Source of the DNA: Clostridiales bacterium
GTDB taxonomy: Bacteria > Bacillota > Clostridia > Oscillospirales > Acutalibacteraceae
DNA length: 64,000 nucleotides
Assembly (NCBI GenBank): GCA_022793315.1
Contig: JAAWCO010000084.1
Coordinates: forward strand, 3,364 to 67,363
Reading direction: 5' to 3'
The position numbers were made by a program, and so were the translations under genes. Shown piece after piece: positions 8,201-16,639 of this stretch. The notes under the pieces were generated by a model. That model saw only the letters and a list, made by a program, of their open reading frames with translations, did not search any database and was not told where the DNA came from. Numbering within the stretch: the stretch's first letter is position 1; every line of letters begins with the position of its first letter.

Positions 8201-10933
8201 TTATTTCCCGTGCTTTCTGCGGCACCAGACCAGCGCTGACGCGGAGACCGCCATCAGTGCACCGGCCGCCAGAGGCAGGCCCGCGCCGGTGGAGGGATTC
8301 GTACCAGGCTTCTGGCCGGAAGCGGACGGGGTTGACGGCGCCGTAGCCGTCGGATCTGTTGAGGGATCCGATGAGGGGGTTGACGACGGATCCGCAGACG
8401 GATCAGATGAGGGGGCGGTTGACGGACCAGCAGACGGATCGGTGGAGGGATCCGTTGACGGGTCGGGCAGAGTCGGGTCAGCGGATACCAGAGCAAATTG
8501 CCCCAATATAACCGGCGTCAGCTCTGCCCCCGCGGCATAGGCGCGGAAGCCCGTGATGGCCGCCTTTCCATCGGTGATCCATGCCGGGTCCAATCCCATA
8601 TTGGCCAGATCGAGATAACCGGAATACCGCTTGTCATTGCCCACAATATCACCGGAGCCGGGTTCGATGACAGCGCCGGGAATCAGGGAGTTCAGGCTGA
8701 CGCTCCGCTCGTTGTCCAGGGGATTGCCTTCGTCCCCAAAGAAAACGATCAGACTGGTGTTGACACTGGAGGACACCTTGAAATCATACCAGAGGCGTGT
8801 TTTACCGATTTCCGCCGTCAGGGGTGTGGCCGGCACATAATCCGCTTTAGGCCATTTGCCGTTCATATTTTGCAGAATCAGGCAGCCATTATTATCTGGG
8901 GTGATGACCAGATCCTGCTCCCAGGTCCAGTCGTAGTTGCTCATGCTGAACAGCGGATGGACCTCTCCATTTTCCACCACGGGGAGAGACGGTGAGGGGG
9001 AATCCGGGTCCTGTATCGCGGCGCCCTCCTCATACACCTCCAGCTCCGCACAGGAGATAAAATAGCTGCTGCCGCCGGCGCTGCCATACAGGCGGATGCC
9101 GGTGCCGGTTTCGTTATTGAGATAGAAGCAGAAGGTTTCAAAGGACTCGCCAAAGGCCTCCCGGTCGGAGGCTACCGGATATTTGTCCCCGGTATAGGAC
9201 ACATCGACCCATTGCCCATCGCGCTGTACCTGAATATGCAGGCCGTTTTTGAACCAGCCGCCATCGACAAAGTGCTCGCCCTCCTGGAACACAACCATAC
9301 CAAAGGTATGCTCCTCGTCAAAGGTATAGCCAATCCACTGCTGGAGGTTGGGGTTCGCCATCTGGAAGGTATCAAACTGCTGCATCAGCGTCGCCTCCCC
9401 CTGAATCGGGCGGACGCCATCCGCAATAACACCAATATCCATATTGCCGCCGCCGCCCTCCGGCTGATGGGAGACTACCGGCGTCCCCTGTGAGGCGATA
9501 TTGCGTCCGGATATGCAGGCTTTTTCGCGGGTGAACACTTCGCCCTCATGGGAGGTGATGGTACATTTGACCGTATAATAGCCGCTGGCGCTGTAGCTGT
9601 GGGTCGCACGGATGCCCTCACCGGTGCTGCCGTCGCCGAAATCCCACGCCACCGACTGGATCATGGAATCGTCATAGGCGCGCAGATAGAAGGTGAAGGA
9701 GGAGGCAGATTCCGCTATCTGGATGTCCAGCGGGCAAATTTCAGGCAGCTGCTCCAGCGGAGGAGGAACAACAGCCTCCGCCGCCAGGCTGGCCGGAATG
9801 GCCCAGGTATCGCCGCTGATCGAACCGCCGTATTTGACAAAGGCTTCCTCTGCCAGCGACAGATTATTTTCGACCGCCGTATTAAAATCGTAATCGGTGA
9901 AGGCAAACGGGGACCCGGTCCGCTGCAGCGCGCTCTTCCACTTATCCGGAATCCAGTCATACCCCTTCCAGCTGCCCAGAATAGCACCGACGGTGGAGGG
10001 ATTACAGTCGCTGTCCTGACCGCACATCATGGAGATTTTCATGCTCTCCTCAAAATCTCCCCTGCCGTACAGAAGGCCCATCAGCACATAGGCAGAGTTG
10101 AGTTTGGCGTCAATGTTAAAGGGGATATCCTTTCCGTAAATACAGTGATCTTTGTCCCACCATTTATCATTGACGACCTGCCAGGTCTGCTGCCAGGTCA
10201 TCCCCTTGTCATAGCAGCTGTAGACATCCTCAATGACCTCCCGGAACAGGCTGCCTTCCGGCACCGACTGGCGTCCTGCCTCCAGAATTTCGTCCAATGT
10301 ATCGGCGGTGAAGGCGCGGGACTGCATGGCCGCCACATAAACGCCGCCATAGACCCCGTCGCCGTAGCAGACGATATGCCCCAGCTCCCAGGACTTGTTG
10401 ATGGCGGCGTTGACCAGTCCAGGCAGCATTTGTCCCACAAAATTGGACTCGATCTGCCAGTCGAGATCATCGGTGTGATTGCTGTACAGATAATGACCCG
10501 ACATCGGTGCGCTGATGCCGGCGCGCAGGTTGACACGCGCCGCCAGATTGGCCTCGCACAGCGGGAAAGAGGTGTCGCGGAAATATTCGCCCACCGTTTT
10601 GACATCGCAGTCCACACCATGGTCAAGCAATGCCTGAATAAAAGGGATTTCCACAAACAGATCGTCCTGAGCAAAGCCGGCATTGATTTCGCTGGGCTTC
10701 CAGACAGGAACATCCGACTCCGCCAGCATGCAGTCGTTAAACTGGAATTCGGTGGGCTGGCCCCAGGTCGCACCGGCCATCTGGCCCACCCAGCTGCCTG
10801 CAATTTTATCGTATACCTCCTGACGGCTCAGGGTCACGCCGCCTCCCGCTGCCCGGGCGGGTAGAACACCACCGGCGGCCCCTGCCAGAAGGGCGGCGCT
10901 CAGAAGCCAGCCGGTAAAACGCTTGGCCTTCAT
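8201..10933 (-). CDS. secreted, wall-anchored multidomain ADP-ribosylglycohydrolase-family protein (cassette 2, paralog)
   Basis: 910-aa ORF, colinear with 4291..6978 and identical at most aligned positions by eye. Same motifs (GQPTEF, AQDDLF, GQDSDCNPST, WDFGDGS) and the same stalk and NPSTG anchor. Confidence 0.85.
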   Translation of the reverse strand: MKAKRFTGWLLSAALLAGAAGGVLPARAAGGGVTLSRQEVYDKIAGSWVGQMAGATWGQPTEFQFNDCMLAESDVPVWKPSEINAGFAQDDLFVEIPFIQALLDHGVDCDVKTVGEYFRDTSFPLCEANLAARVNLRAGISAPMSGHYLYSNHTDDLDWQIESNFVGQMLPGLVNAAINKSWELGHIVCYGDGVYGGVYVAAMQSRAFTADTLDEILEAGRQSVPEGSLFREVIEDVYSCYDKGMTWQQTWQVVNDKWWDKDHCIYGKDIPFNIDAKLNSAYVLMGLLYGRGDFEESMKISMMCGQDSDCNPSTVGAILGSWKGYDWIPDKWKSALQRTGSPFAFTDYDFNTAVENNLSLAEEAFVKYGGSISGDTWAIPASLAAEAVVPPPLEQLPEICPLDIQIAESASSFTFYLRAYDDSMIQSVAWDFGDGSTGEGIRATHSYSASGYYTVKCTITSHEGEVFTREKACISGRNIASQGTPVVSHQPEGGGGNMDIGVIADGVRPIQGEATLMQQFDTFQMANPNLQQWIGYTFDEEHTFGMVVFQEGEHFVDGGWFKNGLHIQVQRDGQWVDVSYTGDKYPVASDREAFGESFETFCFYLNNETGTGIRLYGSAGGSSYFISCAELEVYEEGAAIQDPDSPSPSLPVVENGEVHPLFSMSNYDWTWEQDLVITPDNNGCLILQNMNGKWPKADYVPATPLTAEIGKTRLWYDFKVSSSVNTSLIVFFGDEGNPLDNERSVSLNSLIPGAVIEPGSGDIVGNDKRYSGYLDLANMGLDPAWITDGKAAITGFRAYAAGAELTPVILGQFALVSADPTLPDPSTDPSTDPSAGPSTAPSSDPSADPSSTPSSDPSTDPTATAPSTPSASGQKPGTNPSTGAGLPLAAGALMAVSASALVWCRRKHGK
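8285..8299 (-). other. NPSTG sorting motif (cassette 2)
   Basis: N-P-S-T-G, then AGLPLAAGALMAVSASALVW, then CRRKHGK. Confidence 0.6.
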
Positions 10934-11029
10934 GAAATTTCCTCCTTTTTCTCTTTTGAATAAAAAATCCTCTTGCTTTTACGGTTAGATTATCGTATAT
11001 TTACTACAAATACAATCTCTGCATTAGAT

Positions 11030-11044
11030 ATTATTTGTGCAAAT
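11030..11044. promoter_or_regulatory. conserved ATTTG-NN-CAAAT box (cassette 2)
   Basis: ATTATTTGTGCAAAT. A second GTGCAAAA direct repeat lies at 11087-11094. Confidence 0.35.
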
Positions 11045-11097
11045 ACAATCAGCATTTTTCATCGAACATCATCTTCGTGCAAAAGAGGTAAGATATC

Positions 11098-12015
11098 ATG
11101 CAAAATCGCTCAATTTCCTCCTCCCGTGTGGAGCCCTATCTGCTGCACTTTACCCGGGAATCCCCCATGGATGAAAATATTATTCGTCAGACGCCCCTGC
11201 CGGAGGAGTGCCCTTCGCTGCATTATCACAATGTGTTTGAGCTGGGCTACTGCTACAGCGGGACAGGACAGTTTCTGATTGACGGCGAGATGGTGCCCTT
11301 TCAGGAGGGAACGGCGGTGATGATCTACCGCGGACAGCTCCACCGGGCGCAGAGCACGCCCAACGAATGGAGCGAATGGGTATTTTTATATGCGGACCTT
11401 CCACTGGTACTCTCCGATGTCGACCCCAGTCGGCTGAATGGCCTGCTTGCCCCGCCGGAGGGCTTTTCTCCGGCAGATTGCCTGCTGACGGAGCAGAAGG
11501 ACCCCCTTCTGCCCGGCCTGATCCGCGCCATCATTGAGGAAATCGACTGCAAGGATGAGGGATATCGCAGCTCGGTTTGCGGCCTTCTATGGACGGCTCT
11601 TTCCCGCCACCACCGCCTGATGCAGCAGCATCGCACAGAGACGATGGGAACCCCTGACTCGCTGCTGGAGATTGACGCCGCCGTCTATTATCTTTCTCAC
11701 CATTTTACAGAAGAGGTACATATTTCCCAGCTGGCGGAGCTTTGTCATCTCAGTGAAGCGACCCTCCGCCGCCGGTTTCGGGAGCGGCTGGGACTGTCGC
11801 CTCAGGATTATTTGCACCAGCTGCGTGTTCATGACGCGGCCATGCGGCTGATGACCACCGACTGTTCCGTATCGGAGGCAGCCTATAAGGCAGGATATAA
11901 CACCCTATCCTGTTTCTTTCGCCAGTTTGACAGGCTGTATGGGATGTCGCCCACTGTCTGGCGGAAGGAGCACCGCGAAGGCTCTTTCCCAGCGGGGGGA
12001 AAAGATGCTTCCTGA
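11098..12015 (+). CDS. AraC family transcriptional regulator with cupin sensor (cassette 2, paralog)
   Basis: 305-aa ORF, colinear with 7147..8064. The HTH region is almost identical (LSEATLRRRFRERLGLSPQDYLHQLRVHDAAMRL). Confidence 0.85.
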   Translation: MQNRSISSSRVEPYLLHFTRESPMDENIIRQTPLPEECPSLHYHNVFELGYCYSGTGQFLIDGEMVPFQEGTAVMIYRGQLHRAQSTPNEWSEWVFLYADLPLVLSDVDPSRLNGLLAPPEGFSPADCLLTEQKDPLLPGLIRAIIEEIDCKDEGYRSSVCGLLWTALSRHHRLMQQHRTETMGTPDSLLEIDAAVYYLSHHFTEEVHISQLAELCHLSEATLRRRFRERLGLSPQDYLHQLRVHDAAMRLMTTDCSVSEAAYKAGYNTLSCFFRQFDRLYGMSPTVWRKEHREGSFPAGGKDAS

Positions 12016-12075
12016 ACTGTGGGTGACCTTTTCGGCAGGCGCCCGCCAATCTCTGGCGGATGGCGCGCACGGTCA

Positions 12076-12115
12076 AACGGCGGGCCCGGGAAAATATTCC
12101 TGGGCCCGCCGTTTT
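12076..12115. terminator. bidirectional terminator between AraC-2 and the cassette-3 enzyme
   Basis: AACGGCGGGCCCGGG-AAAATATT-CCTGGGCCCGCCGTT followed by TTTAAAAA. Confidence 0.6.
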
Positions 12116-12148
12116 AAAAAGGAGGAAAATCAGGGAATATATCGGCGG

Positions 12149-14173
12149 TTACTGCCCGCGCTTTTTTCGGCACCAGCCCAGAGCCGCCGCGGAGACCGCC
12201 AGCAGTGTCCCAGCCGCCAGGGGGAGACCCACGCCGGTGGAGGGGCTTGTACCGGGCTTCTGGCCAGAGGCGGACGGAGTGGTCGAAGGGGCAGTCGATG
12301 GGTCCGCCGACGGGCCGGCAGAAGGATCAGACGAGGGATCTGCTGATGGATCAGTGGAGGGATCTGTTGACGGATCAGATGACGGGCTGGTGGAGGGATT
12401 AGTGGATGGGTTGTCTGAAGGAGCTGAGGACGGAGCGGTGGAGGGCTCCGGAGCCTGATCCATTTGTCCTACAGAAAGATCGTTCCATGTCAGTGTCGCT
12501 GTCGGAGACCCGTAATCTGACAAGAGGATTTGTGTCACGGTGATGGTCCCGGAGGTTCCCAGCACCGTCGGCAGATGGATGTATTTATCAACAGGGCTTT
12601 CGATATTGATATCGGTGATCCCCTTGCCATACATCATTTCAGCAAAGGTTTTGCGCTGCTCCTGCCCCGCCCCGTCGATATAGTCGAAAAAGCCATTGGC
12701 GGCTCCGGTATCCGGCGTGACGCGGAAATGAATATAGGGGGTTGCCGACAGATCAATGGTCTGGTTCAGAGAATAGGATACGGCAAACCAGCCGGAGCTT
12801 TTCTGGCACAGCGTCAGACTGCCATCCTGGTTGATGGTGGAAACAATCCCGTCACCGGTCAGACTGTCGATGCTTTGCGGCAGCAGAGAGCTCGCTTTTT
12901 GATAGCTGGGCTTTTCCGGAACCGGCTGGTCAGTGGTCACGCTGAACTCGCGCAGCACTGTCGGCCGGCTGTTGGCGCCTATGAAATGCAATTTGACGCC
13001 GGAGAATAAAACATTGCCGTTTTCATCCGCAAAGCTCTCCGGGACGCCCAGATCGGTGAGAAGGAAGGATCCTTTAATTGTCTGCCCGGCCTGAAGATTG
13101 CCGGTGGCATCCAATTTCAGATCGGGATAAAGGCCGCTGAGAGCAAGCGGAAGAGATATATAGGTGGTATCATAATTGTGTGTGGGAGTAACACCGTTAA
13201 AATACAAAAGGATGTTGGTAACCGTTCCGTCAATGGTGAGATCAAGATTCAGTTCGGTGCCCTCCAGCGGAACACAGACCCCTTTATCCACCGGGGGCGA
13301 ATAGTGGTACTCCGCCCCCCAGACGCTGGTATTGGAAATGCGCAGAGACTGATTCAGCTTTTGCACCTTTATTGTGCCGATCAGCGGTTCAGTCCAGTCG
13401 GCCGGGTCCAGAGAGATCAGGCTTTGGGTACCTTTTACAGGTACTGTAGGAATCTGGGGATACTCAACGCGGGGGGCATTGGCATCCTGACGGAAACGCT
13501 CCTGCATATAGGCGACAAGCGTTTCCGCATACCTTTCCTGGCCGTAGGGGGAGAGATGGACGCCGTCGATTTGAAGGAAATCATAAATGTCGTGCTGATT
13601 GCACATCTCCCGCATATCCACCAGATCCACATCCTGCTCAGCGGCGATTTCCCGGATGACACGGTTGTAGACATCAATGCTGTCGGTAAGGGTGTCTTCC
13701 CCATCGGGATAGGTGCCGACATTTTTCATCCAGGCGTCGTCCCGCACATACGGAGCGGTGAACAGGAGGGGAGTCGCGCCCAGCTTCTGAACCCGGCTGA
13801 CCAGCGTGCTCATGTTCTGGCGATAGTTATCAGGAGTAACCACCGGATCGGTGCCCCAGCGGACAAAGTCGTTTGTACCAAAGGCGATTACCACATAGTC
13901 CGGCTTCGCCGCCGCTACATCCCTGTCAAAGCGGGCCAGACCGTCCGCTGAGGTATGGCCGCCGATACCGGCATTCACCAATTTCATGTTAAGCTCTTTT
14001 GACGCCATCTCCGCCCAGTTGCTTTGGGCGGTAAGACTGTCGCCCAGGGTGACAAGGGTTTTCCCATCCAATATGGGGGCATCCGGCGCCGGGGCCGCCG
14101 CTGCGGATACGGCGCCCGCCGCCAGGGCAGCGCTTAAGACCAGAGAAAAAAACCTCTTTCCTATCCTGCTCAT
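12149..14173 (-). CDS. secreted, wall-anchored SGNH/GDSL hydrolase with two beta-rich accessory modules (cassette 3)
   Basis: 674-aa ORF with a signal peptide (MSRIGKRFFSLVLSAALAAGAVSAAAA). SGNH blocks are GDSLT, GIGGHT, FGTNDF and DGVHLSPYG. It has a DPS-repeat stalk and SPSTG followed by a hydrophobic helix and CRKKRGQ. Confidence 0.8.
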   Translation of the reverse strand: MSRIGKRFFSLVLSAALAAGAVSAAAAPAPDAPILDGKTLVTLGDSLTAQSNWAEMASKELNMKLVNAGIGGHTSADGLARFDRDVAAAKPDYVVIAFGTNDFVRWGTDPVVTPDNYRQNMSTLVSRVQKLGATPLLFTAPYVRDDAWMKNVGTYPDGEDTLTDSIDVYNRVIREIAAEQDVDLVDMREMCNQHDIYDFLQIDGVHLSPYGQERYAETLVAYMQERFRQDANAPRVEYPQIPTVPVKGTQSLISLDPADWTEPLIGTIKVQKLNQSLRISNTSVWGAEYHYSPPVDKGVCVPLEGTELNLDLTIDGTVTNILLYFNGVTPTHNYDTTYISLPLALSGLYPDLKLDATGNLQAGQTIKGSFLLTDLGVPESFADENGNVLFSGVKLHFIGANSRPTVLREFSVTTDQPVPEKPSYQKASSLLPQSIDSLTGDGIVSTINQDGSLTLCQKSSGWFAVSYSLNQTIDLSATPYIHFRVTPDTGAANGFFDYIDGAGQEQRKTFAEMMYGKGITDINIESPVDKYIHLPTVLGTSGTITVTQILLSDYGSPTATLTWNDLSVGQMDQAPEPSTAPSSAPSDNPSTNPSTSPSSDPSTDPSTDPSADPSSDPSAGPSADPSTAPSTTPSASGQKPGTSPSTGVGLPLAAGTLLAVSAAALGWCRKKRGQ
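12233..12247 (-). other. SPSTG sorting motif (cassette 3)
   Basis: S-P-S-T-G, then VGLPLAAGTLLAVSAAALGW, then CRKKRGQ. Confidence 0.6.
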
Positions 14174-14273
14174 GGAAGGTCCTCCTTCTTACATTTACCT
14201 CAAAATTGTGTTCTGCCTGATTTTATTACCAGCTTATCGCACATTCGCAATAAAGACAATTCCCTTATTTAAT

Positions 14274-14288
14274 ATTATTTGTGCGAAT
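14274..14288. promoter_or_regulatory. conserved ATTTG-NN-CAAAT box (cassette 3)
   Basis: ATTATTTGTGCGAAT, followed by CATCATTTCGTGCAAAAA at 14312-14329, which matches CATCATCTTCGTGCAAAAG in cassette 2. Confidence 0.35.
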
Positions 14289-14342
14289 CTGATCAACTTT
14301 TTGAGGAGAAGCATCATTTCGTGCAAAAACAGATGAAATCTT

Positions 14343-14357
14343 ACGCAGAATCGCTCA
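14343..14357 (+). pseudogene. stub of a third AraC regulator gene (start codon ATG to ACG, body missing)
   Basis: ACGCAGAATCGCTCA aligns with ATGCAAAATCGCTCA, the first codons of AraC-2 at 11098. Similarity stops after this point. Confidence 0.5.
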
Positions 14358-15000
14358 GGCAGTACGGCCATAAAAGCATAACGACGGTTTCCCATAAGGG
14401 AGCCTATTCTCCGGAGGTGTCAAACAGACAGCTAATGGATGACAACCGTCTCAAATCCTTCGCGCCAATAGAGATGATACGTAAATTTCAGCCACATTCG
14501 GGCCGCCTTTTTTATCCCGAAGCCATCCGGAATAATCGCAAAGTCCCGGATGGGTGTGCAGAGCTCCTGCATAAGAAAAGGGGACTTTTTCACAGGGGGC
14601 TTCTGTCCTTTTGCGGATTTCAGGGCAGCCCTCTCCGGCATGGGAAAGCGCGAAAATCGTATACCATTTGCTGTTTTTCAGATGGCTTATCAACGTATGT
14701 ATCCTGTATTTACAAAACACGATGTGCGAACAGGAGCAAAGCAGAACCGTTTTCCATGAAACGCGCGCCTGCAGGCCCTGTTTGTCCAGGTGCAAACAGG
14801 AGCAGCAGAAAGGAAACGTTTAATCCGACCCCGACCAGAATACCAGGAATATGTCCTGCGCCTGAGCGAGCTGATACCCCGGCAGCAGGGACAGCGCTGC
14901 CAGCCTCTGTTTTTACCCCGAAAAATCAGGTCTTTCCCTGTCAACAGACGGTTTTGTTACAGAAAAGAAAATTTTTTATGAACAAATCCTGGCAAAATCA
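14358..15000. other. about 0.65 kb lower-GC segment with no convincing ORF (degenerate or non-coding)
   Basis: All six frames are broken. The listed ORFs (14279..15127, 14451..14795 and others) have Cys/Arg-rich, non-protein-like composition. Confidence 0.4.
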
Positions 15001-15105
15001 TTGCTTTTTGGGGCCTGTCCGACTATACTTATTCCATTATTTCAGCTCGGGGAGCGAACCGCACGCCCTCCAAAGCTGCGAACGAAATGCAAAAGGAGGA
15101 GAAAC

Positions 15106-16497
15106 ATGGAAAAACTGTTCAAGCTGAAGGCGCATGGAACCACCGTGAGAACCGAAATCATGGCGGGTATCACCACCTTTCTGACCATGGCGTACATTCT
15201 GGCCGTCAATCCCGGCATGCTTTCCGGCGCTTCCCTGGGCTTCAGCACCGGTATGAACGCGGGCGCCGTCTTTACCGCTACGGCGCTGGCGGCGGCCATC
15301 GGCTGCCTGCTCATGGCCTTTCTGTCCAACTATCCGGTGGCGCTGGCCTCCGGCATGGGGCTCAACGCCTATTTCGCCGTGGTATGCATGAATCTGATGG
15401 GCGAAGGGGTGGAGAATCCCTGGAAGGTCGCGCTGACCGCCGTTCTGGTAGAGGGCGTCATCTTCATCCTGCTGTCCATCTTCAAATTCCGGGAAACGCT
15501 GGTCAACACCGTGCCGCAGAACCTGAAGCTCGGGATTACGGCTGGTATCGGCCTGTTTATTGCCATCATCGGTCTGAAGGGCGCCGGCATTGCGGTCGCC
15601 AGTCCCTCCACGCTGGTGGACCTGGGCGACGTGTCCTCCCCCGGCTTTGTGCTGGCCTTTGTGGGCCTGATCGCGATTGGCGTCCTCTCCCATTTCAAGG
15701 TACGCGGCGCGATTCTGTGGGGGATTCTGGGCACCTGGCTCCTCGGCATTGTGGCCGAACTCGGCGGATGGTATCAGGTGGACCCCGCCGCCGGCATGTA
15801 TTCTCTGATCCCGGACTTTTCCGCCGGCGTGAAAAGCCTGATTCCTGCGGCGCCTCATGTTCTTCAGTTTGACTTCGGCTATGTGGCATCCAACCTCACC
15901 AATTTTATTGTTGTCGTGTTTTCCTTCCTGTTTGTGGACCTGTTTGATACGGTGGGCACCCTGATCGGCGTCGCCAGTAAGGGCAATCTGCTCGATGAGG
16001 AGGGCAAGCTGCCGAAGGTCGGCCGCGCACTGATGGCCGATGCCATCGGCACCGTGGCGGGCGCCTGTCTGGGCACCTCCACCGTCACCAGCTATGTGGA
16101 GAGCACCGCCGGCGTGGCGGAGGGCGGCCGCACCGGTCTGACCGCCGTCACCACTGCCGCGCTGTTTATTCTGGCTCTCTTCTTCGGCCCTGTCTTTACG
16201 GCGATTCCCGGTTTTGCCACGGCGCCCGCACTGGTTTATGTCGGCCTGCTGATGATGTCGGCTGTGCTGAAAATGAAGTTTGAGGGCGATATGGCCGATG
16301 TGCTGGGCGGCTTTATGGCGATTATCATGATGCCGTTCACCTATTCCATCGCCAATGGCATCATGTTCGGCATCCTGACCTGGTTCATCATCAAGCTGAT
16401 CACCGGCAAGATCCGCGAAATTCATCCGGTAATGTATGTGGTGGCCGCACTTTTCATCCTCCGTCTCGTCACACTGGTCATACCGGCCTTTTCCTGA
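15106..16497 (+). CDS. NCS2/AzgA-type purine (adenine/guanine/hypoxanthine) permease
   Basis: ATG 15106 follows AAAGGAGGAG. MEKLFKLKAHGTTVRTEIMAGITTFLTMAYILAVNPGML is a typical N-terminus for this family. Multi-TM throughout. Confidence 0.85.
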   Translation: MEKLFKLKAHGTTVRTEIMAGITTFLTMAYILAVNPGMLSGASLGFSTGMNAGAVFTATALAAAIGCLLMAFLSNYPVALASGMGLNAYFAVVCMNLMGEGVENPWKVALTAVLVEGVIFILLSIFKFRETLVNTVPQNLKLGITAGIGLFIAIIGLKGAGIAVASPSTLVDLGDVSSPGFVLAFVGLIAIGVLSHFKVRGAILWGILGTWLLGIVAELGGWYQVDPAAGMYSLIPDFSAGVKSLIPAAPHVLQFDFGYVASNLTNFIVVVFSFLFVDLFDTVGTLIGVASKGNLLDEEGKLPKVGRALMADAIGTVAGACLGTSTVTSYVESTAGVAEGGRTGLTAVTTAALFILALFFGPVFTAIPGFATAPALVYVGLLMMSAVLKMKFEGDMADVLGGFMAIIMMPFTYSIANGIMFGILTWFIIKLITGKIREIHPVMYVVAALFILRLVTLVIPAFS

Positions 16498-16572
16498 GAC
16501 GGTCTTTTTTGCTGTAAGTTAGAGAAGGGTTTCCATAACGAACGCCTGTCGGGCGGTTCGACAGGCGCAGAA

Positions 16573-16614
16573 AACGCTCCCGAAGAAAATCTTTCGATTT
16601 TCTTCGGGAGCGTT
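16573..16614. terminator. bidirectional terminator (permease / spoVT convergent)
   Basis: AACGCTCCCGAAGAAAAT-CTTTCG-ATTTTCTTCGGGAGCGTT, a perfect 18-bp stem. Confidence 0.75.
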
Positions 16615-16639
16615 CTGTCTTCGGAAACGCCCTGCGGCG

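Larger units (their letters stand above)
8129..12075. repeat. segmental duplication, copy 2
   Basis: Same gene order, spacing and motifs as 4215..8128. Confidence 0.85.

Noticed and set aside
14985-15030. Possible purine riboswitch upstream of the purine permease (TGTCCGACTATAC resembles the P3-3'/J3-1 segment UGUCCGACUAUG).
   Set aside because: The rest of the aptamer cannot be found. There is no UAUAAU J1/2, no AUAUGG L2, no UUUCUACC junction and no CCGUAAA L3, and there is not enough sequence to form P3. At best it is a decayed remnant, and more likely a coincidence.
14279-15127. 282-aa plus-strand ORF spanning the orphan segment and running into the permease gene.
   Set aside because: Cys/Arg/Ser-rich composition with no motifs. 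It overlaps the well-supported permease start at 15106 (good RBS). It is treated as a non-coding or degenerate region.
15037-16425. Long antisense ORFs opposite well-supported genes. Examples: 15037..16425(-), 9548..10864(+), 20678..22117(+), 22394..23434(+), 28024..29100(-), 33894..34865(-), 36255..37190(-), 45052..46707(+), 51820..53055(-) and 56805..57998(+).
   Set aside because: These are shadow ORFs typical of GC-rich DNA. Their composition is Arg/Gly/Pro/Gln-rich, they have no motifs and no RBS, and each fully overlaps a gene with clear family signatures on the other strand.
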